From the NCBI GenBank assembly GCA_963803805.1, contig CAWDOD010000008.1, positions 64,001 through 128,000 on the forward strand: a stretch of 64,000 nucleotides of DNA, written 5' to 3'. The notes below the pieces were generated by a model. That model saw only the letters and a list, made by a program, of their open reading frames with translations, was not told the DNA's origin and searched no databases. Of this stretch, positions 43,001-51,632 are shown piece after piece. How positions within the stretch are numbered: the stretch's first letter is position 1; every line of letters starts with the position of its first letter. The DNA comes from an uncultured cyanobacterium (GTDB lineage Bacteria > Cyanobacteriota > Cyanobacteriia > Cyanobacteriales > CAWCAG01). A program made the position numbers and the translations under genes.

Positions 43001-44507
43001 CCAAATAAATTGCTCAGAAGAATTGGTTGGTATTTATGGATTTACTCCTGACCAAGAATTGCCAACCTTTGCCGAACTACTCCAACACCATAATCCTAAA
43101 GACAGGGAAATACTGCAACAAGCCATAAAACAGCTACTTGCAGAGGGTAGTCCTTACAACTTAGATTTACAATACAATCGCCCAGATGGAGAAAGGCGTT
43201 ACTTAAATATGATTGGTAGAGCAGTTATTGATCAGGAAGGGAAAGTAACCAAACTCTACGGTGCAGTAATAGATATTACTGAGCGCAAGAAAATTGAAGG
43301 AAAATTAGTAGAGCAAAATCAAGCTTTGGAAGAAGCGATCGCAGTTGCCCAAGCAGCAGATTCTGCCAATCAAGCTAAAAGCGAATTTTTGGCGAATATG
43401 AGTCACGAAATCCGCACCCCCATGAATTCTGTGTTGGGGGTTAGTCAACTTTTATCACAAACAGATTTGAATCTTGAACAACAGAGACTGCTGGAAACCT
43501 TGAGAAGCAATGGAGAAAAGTTACTGGCACTTATTGATGATATCCTCGATTTGTCTAAACTGGAAGCCAAAAAACTGCAACTAGAATCAAGGGAATTTAA
43601 TCTTGATGCTTTAGGCAATAATCTCAGGAATTTGTATGATGCTCAAGTGAAGAAAAAACAACTGGAATTTGCCATTGAGATTGCTGCCGATGTACCTCGC
43701 AACTTAATTGGTGATGAATTTCGCCTCCAGCAAGTGCTAAGTAACTTACTCAGCAACGCTATGAAGTTTACAGAGTCTGGACAGATTACTGTAGCTATTG
43801 CTCAGCAATCGGAACAAGAAGATGATAATTCTTTGGCTATCCTCCGGTTTGAAGTGCAAGATACAGGCATTGGTATTCCTGTTCAAGCCCAAGAAGAATT
43901 ATTTCAGCCCTTTATTCAAGTTGATGCCTCCACAACCCGCCAGTATGGAGGAACCGGGTTAGGATTAACTATTAGCCGCCGTATCATACAATTAATGGGA
44001 GGAGAAATTGGTGTTACGAGTACTTCGGGTGAAGGTTCCAACTTTTGGTTTACAGTTCCTTTAGAAGTGGTTGCAACTCCTACTTCCTCCCCTACATCAC
44101 AAAAACCTGATGCAGCCAAATCTGCGGTTGTATCCCTAGCCAATCTCAAAGTGCTAATTGTCGAAGATCGAGAAGACAACCGTTACATACTCCAACTAAT
44201 GGTACAAAGATTAGGCTGTCAAAGCGATTGGGTTGACAATGGACAAAAAGCTGTAGAACACTTGCTAGAAAACGATTACAACATCATCCTTATGGATTGT
44301 CAAATGCCAGTCATGGATGGCTACGAAGCGACGCAAATCATACGACAAAGAGAAGAAGAAGCGCAACGTAAGGTGATTATTGGCCTTACTGCTAATGCCA
44401 TGGAAGGCGATCGCGACAAGTGTTTAGCTGCTGGTATGGATGATTATCTTAGCAAACCCATTATGTATGATGCTTTGGCAAAGGTGTTGAGTTATTGGGC
44501 TAATTAG
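40002..44507 (+). CDS. CheB/CheR fusion with PAS domains, histidine kinase and receiver
   Basis: [14 protein letters not shown] (CheB); [10 protein letters not shown] (CheR); coiled coil; [18 protein letters not shown]. Confidence 0.93.
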   Translation: MIRKNTTTSSGENNFFIVSIGASAGGVQALESFFGNVPDHPNAAFVVVQHLSPNHKSMMSEILQRQTAMPVQEVEDQMPLEPSKVYVLPPGKSLVLENCSLRLQKKSEARNYPINQFFQSLVEEWGERTIAILLSGTGNDGTEGLQAVSRAGGIALVQSSETAQFTSMPSSAIPSGLVDEVLSPQDLAQTVFELIRFSENFPNSTAEEASLIDPDLLQRILDVLAEREEIDFSHYKVSTLSRRIHHRCALTRKSSLEDYIGFLEDSEEEQKLLRQDLLIGATCFFRDRSAWEFLETKVLPKIIAELQPQQQLRVWVSACATGEEAYSMAILVDEAIRRAGKSVQVKIFATDLDTNALEVAAQGIYPESIASDISPERLEYYFTSDSNNFRVKRSLREMLIVAPHDLTKNAGFSKMNLVSCRNVLIYMQPQLQQQVLRLLHFALGSHGVLFLGSSETLGGLEEEFTPLNNKCKIFRKRRDNQLSLMPITRQTIVTPIHQASSRSKSRQQQLDRLLGEVFKYCLSERQITCLLVNQNNQLLRVFYNAARLLEFPVGQPVLDVTEIVHPSLKLPLSTALHRTKRDKTPVLYTGVKLERDGEQRNISLRVGIDESSRHSENHRIVVLEIEEQPTPVSTVALAFDLDTEATQRITELEYELQQTRENLQVTIEELETTNEEQQATNEELLASNEELQSTNEELQSVNEELYTVNAEYQSKIQELTQLNNDINNLLRSTNIGVVFLDRDLNIRKFTPAATRAINIKSTDIGRPLADITHNLSCSDLLEILQQVADTEEPVEQEVCFADSDECSLMRVNPYFQDNAGSNGVVVTFVDIDELKRVQDELYQANEILENLYATSPVGLSLHDKDLKFLRINEALAGINGYSIEEHLGKTLQELIPELAQQVEPLLRQVIETGEAIYGIEICGNTARDSSQERHWIGSYYPVDFLRDGLGVGAVVVEITERIRSEEALKRSKAKLLQAQRLAQVGNWEWVIEEGKELNEAQINCSEELVGIYGFTPDQELPTFAELLQHHNPKDREILQQAIKQLLAEGSPYNLDLQYNRPDGERRYLNMIGRAVIDQEGKVTKLYGAVIDITERKKIEGKLVEQNQALEEAIAVAQAADSANQAKSEFLANMSHEIRTPMNSVLGVSQLLSQTDLNLEQQRLLETLRSNGEKLLALIDDILDLSKLEAKKLQLESREFNLDALGNNLRNLYDAQVKKKQLEFAIEIAADVPRNLIGDEFRLQQVLSNLLSNAMKFTESGQITVAIAQQSEQEDDNSLAILRFEVQDTGIGIPVQAQEELFQPFIQVDASTTRQYGGTGLGLTISRRIIQLMGGEIGVTSTSGEGSNFWFTVPLEVVATPTSSPTSQKPDAAKSAVVSLANLKVLIVEDREDNRYILQLMVQRLGCQSDWVDNGQKAVEHLLENDYNIILMDCQMPVMDGYEATQIIRQREEEAQRKVIIGLTANAMEGDRDKCLAAGMDDYLSKPIMYDALAKVLSYWAN

Positions 44508-44532
44508 GTAATGGGTATTGAAGATAGTAATT

Positions 44533-46792
44533 ATGATTAAAAAGCCAAAATTAAAAAGTAGCTTCCGTTGGGAAAAAGTCGATTCACAAGGGAGCTTTTT
44601 ATTGTCTGAGAAAGAGACAGTATTTCTCAGGGAGCCTTTGTACCAAAAGTTAATACCCTTGCTTGATGGCAAGCGGACCCAGGAAGAGATTGTTACTCAA
44701 CTTAGCAACGAATTACCAGAGGCTTATATCTTTTATGGGCTTATGGAGTTGGAGCAGAAGGGTTTGATTATTGAAAATGCACCAATCTTAGAGCCGAATT
44801 TTACTTTATTGTGTGAGTCTTTGCTTGTTGATACTCAACAAGGAAAGCAGCAATCGCAATCAACTCAAGTTACCCTCAAAACATTGGGTTCTTTGTCTGG
44901 GAAAGATTTAAAGCAAAGCTTAGAGCAATCGTCAGATTCAAATTGCTGATGATGGAGATATTGAAGTTGTTCTAACCGACGACTATTTACGAGAAGAATT
45001 AGAGGCAATTAATCGAGTTAATCTTGCTAAATCTCGTCCTTGGATGTTGGTTAAACCTGTCGGCACTCTTCTTTGGCTTGGTCCAATCTTCCAACCGGGA
45101 AAAACTGGATGTTGGCAATGTTTAGCACAACGATTGCGAAATAATCGACCCTCAGAAGGATTTATCCAGCGACGCAGAGATAGTCTTTCTCCTTTAACAC
45201 CTCCCCTAGTTGGGTTGCCCACAACTCAACAGACCGCTACAGCCATGGCAGCCCAGGAAATTCTTAAATGGATTCTCCAAGGCAAAAATCAACGTTTAGA
45301 AGGGGTGATGGTAACTTACGACACCCTCTCCCTAACTTTGCAAAACCACATTCTTGTCAAACGCCCCCAATGTCCAGAGTGTGGCTACATCAAACCCCAA
45401 AACAACCGACCTTTACCCATTATTCTTGGTAGTCGCAAAAAAAGATTCACCAAAGATGGTGGACATCGTAGCCTCACCCCGGAGGAAACCTTAGCCCGCT
45501 ATCAACACCACGTTAGTCCTTTTTTAGGAGTAATACGTTCTATAGAAAAGCTACCCTACGATTGCAACGGCTTAGCTCATATCTACAGAGTCAAGCATCA
45601 TTGGGCTTCTGTCTTTGATGATTGCGAGAACTTGCAAAAAAATCTGGGAGGACGCAGTGCAGGTAAAGGTAGAACAGCAGCCCAAGGTAAAGCTAGTGGT
45701 TTAGGGGAAGCTATAGAACGCTATTGCGGCGTATTTCAGGGAGATGAAGTCACTATTAAGAGCAGCTACAAAAAGCTAGGCAATGACGCTATTCATCCAT
45801 ACAGTTGTCTTAATTTTAGTCAGACTCAATATGACAATCGTAAATCCTGGAATGCACAACGTACCACCCAGTTTCAAAGAGTACCCGAACCTTTTGATGA
45901 AACTAGAGAAATTGCCTGGACTCCGGTTTGGTCTTTGACTCAGCAAGACTTTAAATATTTACCCACAGCCTATTGTTATTTCGGCTATCCCCAATCGCTT
46001 CCTAGGGACTGTTGGGCTAACACCAATGGTTGCGCTGCGGGCAATACCCTAGAAGAAGCAATTTTACAGGGATTTTTAGAATTAGTAGAGCGGGACAGTG
46101 CAGCCTTGTGGTGGTACAACCGTTTACCCAAGCCGAAAGTTGCTTTAGAGACTTTCGACGAGCCTTATTTTCAAGCTATAACTGCTCATTACGACTCCCT
46201 AGGGCGGGAATTTTGGGTTCTTGATTTAACAAGCGACTTGAATATTCCCACCTTTGTAGCTATTTCACGGCGCTTTAACCATCCTGTAGAAGATTTAATT
46301 TTCGGGTTTGGTACACATTTTGACCCCAAACTAGCTATCCAAAGAGCGCTAACAGAAGTTTGTCAAGTACTCCCGGCAGTTTTGAACGCCAATCCTGATG
46401 GTACAACCCGCTATGCAAGTTCGGCTGAGTCTCAGATTCTCCACTGGTGGCAAACAGCAACCTTAGATAACCAGCCTTATTTAGCCCCCTACAATGACAT
46501 TGCCCCAAAATGTAGTGGTGACTATGAATATGAAGTTGTCTGGCATGAAGATTTCTTAGAAGACATCAAATACTGTCAACATCTTGTGGAAGAAAGAGGT
46601 ATGGAAATGCTCGTCCTCAATCAAACCCGCCCTGATATCGGTTTAAAAGTAGTCAAGGTCATTGTTCCCGGTTTACGACACTTCTGGAAGCGGTTAGCCC
46701 CAGGAAGATTATATAATGTCCCTGTCGAGATGGGCTGGCTTCAACAGCCATTGCAGGAGGAAGAATTGAATCCCATTCCTTTGTGGATGTAA
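44533..46792 (+). pseudogene. TOMM cyclodehydratase (leader-binding, E1-like, YcaO fusion), frameshifted near 44930
   Basis: Second frame is open upstream of 45044 (QIQIADDGDIEVVLTDDYL); CWQC, CPEC, DGGHR, GEAIERY, NGCAAG, ELVERD, C-terminal NPIPLWM. Confidence 0.88.
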
Positions 46793-46821
46793 ACAGTTAC
46801 CAGTGATCTTTTGTTTCTCTT

Positions 46822-47904
46822 ATGCTAAACGGTTATCGCATTATTGACGCAGACTCCCATGTTTTTGAGCCTCATTCTTTGTGGCAAACCTATCTTGAAC
46901 CTGCCTTTCGTGACTTTGCTCCTACACCAGACTTGCAGATTCAAGGGGTTTCGGTAATGACTAAATTTTCTAACACTCTGACTGATAAGGGGGCTGAAGA
47001 GGTGGCGCGATCGCATCCCCTCTCTTTTGCTCAAGAATTTAATCCAGAATCCCAAGTACAAGCGATGTACCAAATGGGAGTTGATGTTGCTTTTGTTTAC
47101 CCCACCTACCTAGCTTGGATTAGCGGTGTAGATACCATGGCTCCCCAACAAGTAGGGGCTTATGTCCGTGCCTACAATAGCTGGCTACGAGACTTTTGTA
47201 GTTATAACCCAGATATTTTAAAAGGAATCGGCGTTATTAATCTCCATGCCCCGGAGGAGATGGTTCCTGAACTGCAACGGATTGCTGATTTTGGTTGGAA
47301 AGCTGTTTACTTACGCCCTAATCCCGTTAAGGGAAGATTACTTAGTGACCCTGCTTATGAGCCGTTTTGGGCTGAATGCGAAAAACTCGACATTGCCGTC
47401 AGTCTCCACGAAACCACCCATAGTCGCGTCCCTAGTGCTGGTGCAGACCGCTTTCACAGCCGCTTTGCCCTACACGCCTGCTCTCACCCCATGGAACAGA
47501 TGATGGCTTTGTTAGCGCTGATTGAGGGGGGAGTTTTAGAAAACCATCCCCAGCTTAGGGTAGGATTTCTTGAATCCGGTTGCGGTTGGCTGCCCTACTG
47601 GTTGTGGCGACTTGACCGTGAGTACGAAGATTTGCGCTGGGAAGTGGGGGATAAGGTGAAGATGAAGCCCTCAGAGTATTTTCGCCGTCAGTGTTTTATT
47701 GCAGTGGAACCTTCAGAAACCTATATTCCTAAGCTGTTAGAGGAACTGGGAGTAGATAATCTCATTTTCGGTTCCGACTATCCCCATATCGACCACAACC
47801 CTGATGTGGTTGCTGATATGGTGGCTCTTGAAGGATGCTTAGGCAAGGAAGTTTTGCAAAAGATTCTTTGGGATAATCCCCGTCGGTTTTACGGTTTGGG
47901 CTAA
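46822..47904 (+). CDS. Amidohydrolase family protein (amidohydro_2-like)
   Basis: IIDADSH, SLHE, FLESG, FGSDYPH, NPRRFY. Confidence 0.9.
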   Translation: MLNGYRIIDADSHVFEPHSLWQTYLEPAFRDFAPTPDLQIQGVSVMTKFSNTLTDKGAEEVARSHPLSFAQEFNPESQVQAMYQMGVDVAFVYPTYLAWISGVDTMAPQQVGAYVRAYNSWLRDFCSYNPDILKGIGVINLHAPEEMVPELQRIADFGWKAVYLRPNPVKGRLLSDPAYEPFWAECEKLDIAVSLHETTHSRVPSAGADRFHSRFALHACSHPMEQMMALLALIEGGVLENHPQLRVGFLESGCGWLPYWLWRLDREYEDLRWEVGDKVKMKPSEYFRRQCFIAVEPSETYIPKLLEELGVDNLIFGSDYPHIDHNPDVVADMVALEGCLGKEVLQKILWDNPRRFYGLG

Positions 47905-47930
47905 ATAGTAAACAGATAAAAGATCATCAT

Positions 47931-47964
47931 GTAGGTTGGGTTTCGTCGCCTCAACCCAACTATC
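47931..47964. repeat. GTAG-type REP palindrome
   Basis: GTAGGTTGGGTT...AACCCAAC. Confidence 0.6.
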
Positions 47965-48017
47965 CTGTAGGTATCTATTTTGCTAGGATAAAGTTTTGAA
48001 TCTTAGGATCTTGAATC

Positions 48018-48668
48018 GTGCTAAGTGCAGATGCGTTGAGCTTTCAGGAATTTATGAACCGCGAATCTTTGTCAATCGCCACTTTACATGGTGCAGTTTT
48101 TGAGTTTTTGCGAAACCGCCAAGATGTGGTTGTATTTGGGGCGCAAGCGGTAAATGCCTATACTGGAGAGCCGCGTATGACTCAGGATATTGATGTTATG
48201 GCTCTACGAGGAGCAGATTTAGCCGAAGAGTTACGCCTTTATTTAAGCGTAGGCAAAGCCCGCCGCAGGCATCGCTTTTACATTGCTATGAGAGTGAGAG
48301 TAATTAAAGGGGGGTTAGGTTATCGGCTCTACCAAGTGCAAAAAACAGGTGATCGACATCTGGTTGATATTCGCCAAGTAGAGACTTTGCCAGAAAATCG
48401 TCCCTTTGAAGGGGTATTAGTGATGGCTCCGGAGTCGTTGGTGGTGAGCAAGGTAATTGCCTATTACCAACGACAAGGTAAGCCCAAGGCAGGAACAGAT
48501 TGGCGTGATTTGGCTCTGTTGTTGTTGGCTTTTCCAGAGTTGAAAGTAGAGTCTGGTGTTGTTTTAGCAGGTTTGAGGGCAGCAAGGGTAGAAGAAGCTG
48601 TCATCTCTTTATGGCGAAAGATTGTGGCAACGCCAATTGAGACTGATGATGAAGATGAGGATTTTTAG
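48018..48668 (+). CDS. Nucleotidyltransferase, AbiEii/AbiGii-like
   Basis: FGAQAVNAY...RMTQDID, K...DWRD. Confidence 0.75.
   Translation: MLSADALSFQEFMNRESLSIATLHGAVFEFLRNRQDVVVFGAQAVNAYTGEPRMTQDIDVMALRGADLAEELRLYLSVGKARRRHRFYIAMRVRVIKGGLGYRLYQVQKTGDRHLVDIRQVETLPENRPFEGVLVMAPESLVVSKVIAYYQRQGKPKAGTDWRDLALLLLAFPELKVESGVVLAGLRAARVEEAVISLWRKIVATPIETDDEDEDF
48250..48270 (+). mobile_element. 21-nt small dispersed repeat (SDR5-type) inserted in a HIP1 site
   Basis: GCG + TAGGCAAAGCCCGCCGCAGGC + ATCGC. Confidence 0.8.
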
Positions 48669-48760
48669 AAACTACTCCAAAGCAAAACTGACCAATACCT
48701 AGACACAGAAGCAATGTTATCCTAAAATCAACAGCCATTGAGTAAGAGGTCTACCAAACC

Positions 48761-48859
48761 ATGACTCTTTCATCACAACAACTCATCGAAACAGAAGAGG
48801 ACTTCTATCCCTATAGTGACGGCGAACCAATGGCAGAAAGCGATCCTAATTTTAGTTGA
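48761..48859 (+). pseudogene. N-terminal fragment of a Uma2-family gene
   Basis: MTLSSQQLIETEEDFYPYSDGEPMAESDPNFS-stop; GAGG RBS. Confidence 0.75.
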
Positions 48860-49254
48860 GGTTATTGTTGTGGATGCGATCGCACCACAATTTGCTTCTG
48901 CTCATAGATATGTTTTAAAGCGGGTAAGCAATGCTCACTGTAGGTATTGCTGGTTTACAATTAAGGCTTTTTCTCTGTCTGCCAGAAAACACTATTATGA
49001 TAACGCTTTAATTTAAATCGCTTCAGTATTAATCATTACCGCAAAGGAGGTAATTCCTCGGTTTTTACATATCTTTAAAAAGCCTTGACAAAAGAATATG
49101 TATCCGGTGAAACTGACCTTGTATCTAGCTATGAGAGGCTCTCAGACAGAAGAGCGCTAATAGTAAGCTAGCGGTTTTTCTCAGTACTTAATAGTTTTCA
49201 GAAATTACCGTATTTACCAGGAAATGTTGTCATGTCTACCTCTGAAAAACAAAG

Positions 49255-50658
49255 ATGAGACTTTCTAAACGCCTTATTGGTATTTTTTATGCAATCCTGG
49301 CTTGTGTTGTATGTGTTGTTTTGGTAGTGCTGAGTGGTCAGAATGCTTGGACTCAGACTAAGGGTATACCTATACCTGAGTTGAAGTCTGAGATTCCTCA
49401 CAATCCCCCTCCTCTTACCAAAAAAGAGGAAGCTTTCGGAGCTTTTGCCTGGCAGACATTTGTTGCTCTAAACTGGCCTGCCGATTGCAAAACGGGTTCT
49501 TCAAAGGACATAAAAATTGGTCAAGCTCATGAGGAGCCTAGAGTTTGGGAATTTTACAACTTTCCTGAGAGTGTATTTCATTCCAACTTGGAAAAATCTG
49601 TTCCCTTAGAGAATCCGTCTCAGTGTCATCCTAACCAATCGATTGCAGTACCAGTGCGATATACTGAACCGGCAGATGACCCCGATTTTCAATTCCGGCG
49701 ACTCGCATTAATTGATCAGTCTGGAAATTACATTCTCAACGAGATTCACCTCAATCCGACAGAAGTCAACCAAATCGTTGCTCAAGGATGGAATTCTCCT
49801 AATAACCTTGTAAATTTCAATGATCAAGATAATAAGTTTGCTTTAGTTTGTAGTGATAACAACGAAGGCAAGGAAGGGTTTCCTTGTGAGACAAAGGATG
49901 ATGTCGGTGCGATTGAAATTAAGGCAGCTTGGAGAGTTTTACCAGATTTAAAAGAACAGGAGGTAAAAGACGATCAATATTACTCCCTCTGCGGATCATC
50001 TAAGGTTGCTAATGAATATAAAGACAAATATTACATTACTTGCCGAACTTTTGAAGTTGAAGACCTTCAAAAGCAAAAAAAAGAGCTAACAGTCCCTGTA
50101 GGTTTGGTTGGTTTCCATATCATGCAAAAAACTAGTGATCAAGGTTGGATTTTTTCAACCTTTGAACATATAGATAATGTTCGCGATGAGTCTAACCAAA
50201 ATTCCACTAAGTACACTCTCTTTGACCCAAATTGCCAAGGAGATTACTGTAAGCCAAACTACCCTTTTGCTAAGAAACCTTATTTGTGGAGTGATCAATC
50301 TCCCTATGGTTTTACTGAAGGTGAAAAAGCTCAAATTCACTCTCAAATTATCCGAGAGGTTCCCATTACTAAAGTAGCTAAAGAATTGAATGAAAAATGG
50401 AAACAAGAGCTAAAAGGTTCTATATGGCAATATTATCAATTGATTGGCACACAATGGTTAGAGGAATTTGATGTTCCAAACACTCATAATATTGAACCGA
50501 CTACAGGTACTGACTTCTCAAAGTTAGCTAATGTAACTCTCGAACCTTATATTCAGAAGACAAAATTGGGAATGTCTTGTATGAAGTGTCATATTAACGC
50601 ACAACTTCCTAACAACGCTTCTGCTGATTTTAGCTTCTTGTTGAATGAGCATGACTAA
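49255..50658 (+). CDS. Exported protein with C-terminal CxxCH (putative cytochrome c)
   Basis: N-terminal signal/TM; AWQTFVALNWP, IEIKAAW, LVGFHI, STFEH, YQLIGTQW; SCMKCH. Confidence 0.75.
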   Translation: MRLSKRLIGIFYAILACVVCVVLVVLSGQNAWTQTKGIPIPELKSEIPHNPPPLTKKEEAFGAFAWQTFVALNWPADCKTGSSKDIKIGQAHEEPRVWEFYNFPESVFHSNLEKSVPLENPSQCHPNQSIAVPVRYTEPADDPDFQFRRLALIDQSGNYILNEIHLNPTEVNQIVAQGWNSPNNLVNFNDQDNKFALVCSDNNEGKEGFPCETKDDVGAIEIKAAWRVLPDLKEQEVKDDQYYSLCGSSKVANEYKDKYYITCRTFEVEDLQKQKKELTVPVGLVGFHIMQKTSDQGWIFSTFEHIDNVRDESNQNSTKYTLFDPNCQGDYCKPNYPFAKKPYLWSDQSPYGFTEGEKAQIHSQIIREVPITKVAKELNEKWKQELKGSIWQYYQLIGTQWLEEFDVPNTHNIEPTTGTDFSKLANVTLEPYIQKTKLGMSCMKCHINAQLPNNASADFSFLLNEHD

Positions 50659-50772
50659 AGTTTTTCTGATGGAAAAGTTAAGAGTAAATCCACTGTTTCT
50701 CTAGACTAATTTTACTCTTCTGAATTTAATTTTCACTCAATCTATTAACCTTAACTTAAGGAGAATTTCACA

Positions 50773-51420
50773 ATGACAGACTATTCTTGGGAAACCTCAT
50801 TACCCTCTTATTTGAAAGAAAATTACTCAAATGAGATCAAAGAGGCTGTAACACAATGGTCTCGGATTGTTGCTTGGTCATGGACTCCAATCCTCGCCGC
50901 CGTAAAAGAGGATGACAACAGCAAGGTATCGCCAGAGAAAGAGCAAAAACTCAAGCAAGTATTTCTCGAAATTGTACAACGGCAAGGTCAGCTTTCAAAC
51001 GCATACGAATCTTACGGTAATTTTAGGGGTAACAATAACAAAACCCAGGCTGAAAGTTTAGCTTCTGACTTCAAGAATCTTCTGTTAGGGAAAAATAACG
51101 AGGTAGAGTTTGAAGATCTTAGAGAGGTCGATGTTACTTTGTCCGATGTTTTATACGGGCTTTATGGCAAGCCTTATGTTTTTACCAAAAACGAAACATT
51201 TACTAATATGTTTGAATTTCGGGTTATAACTGATTACACAGGAAAAATCATAGAAGTAGAAGAAGGAAAAGAATATATTTCTCTGATGGCCTATCCTCCT
51301 CGCCCCGCTTTGAGTGAAGTAACAGTTACAGAGCAACAATTAGAAGATTGGGCCAAGAATATCAATACCGGAGGTAGCTACCTTCCTCCTTCTCTGTATA
51401 TTCCCATTGCTGCTTGCTAA
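50773..51420 (+). CDS. Hypothetical protein, NHLP/TOMM-precursor-like
   Basis: AAGGAG RBS; WSRIVAWSW, YPPRP, TEQQLEDW, GG, C-terminal YIPIAAC. Confidence 0.6.
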   Translation: MTDYSWETSLPSYLKENYSNEIKEAVTQWSRIVAWSWTPILAAVKEDDNSKVSPEKEQKLKQVFLEIVQRQGQLSNAYESYGNFRGNNNKTQAESLASDFKNLLLGKNNEVEFEDLREVDVTLSDVLYGLYGKPYVFTKNETFTNMFEFRVITDYTGKIIEVEEGKEYISLMAYPPRPALSEVTVTEQQLEDWAKNINTGGSYLPPSLYIPIAAC

Positions 51421-51461
51421 ATTTAGGAAAAGTTTTTACTGCTTTTTGAATTAGATACTTG

Positions 51462-51495
51462 GTCTCCTAAATTTTTCGATTTTAGGAGACTTTTT
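51462..51495 (+). terminator. Rho-independent terminator
   Basis: GTCTCCTAAA / TTTAGGAGAC stem followed by TTTTT. Confidence 0.75.
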
Positions 51496-51550
51496 CAATC
51501 AGTACTTTTCCTAATGACGAATACTTGTTTTTAACAGATTTTGTTAATGG

Positions 51551-51632
51551 TTTTACCAGGTTTCACCAATTTTCTTGCGTATAATGGACTATAACTTAAC
51601 ACAGATAGTAGAGCGATCGCAGGTTTTGCAGA
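51551..51632 (+). promoter_or_regulatory. Putative promoter/leader, duplicated at 57257-57338
   Basis: TATAAT at 51580 and 57286; near-identical upstream sequences including a HIP1 site. Confidence 0.55.

Noticed and set aside
48816-49016. 66-aa ORF as a RiPP precursor
   Set aside because: Starts out of frame inside the Uma2 stub; no RBS or leader motif
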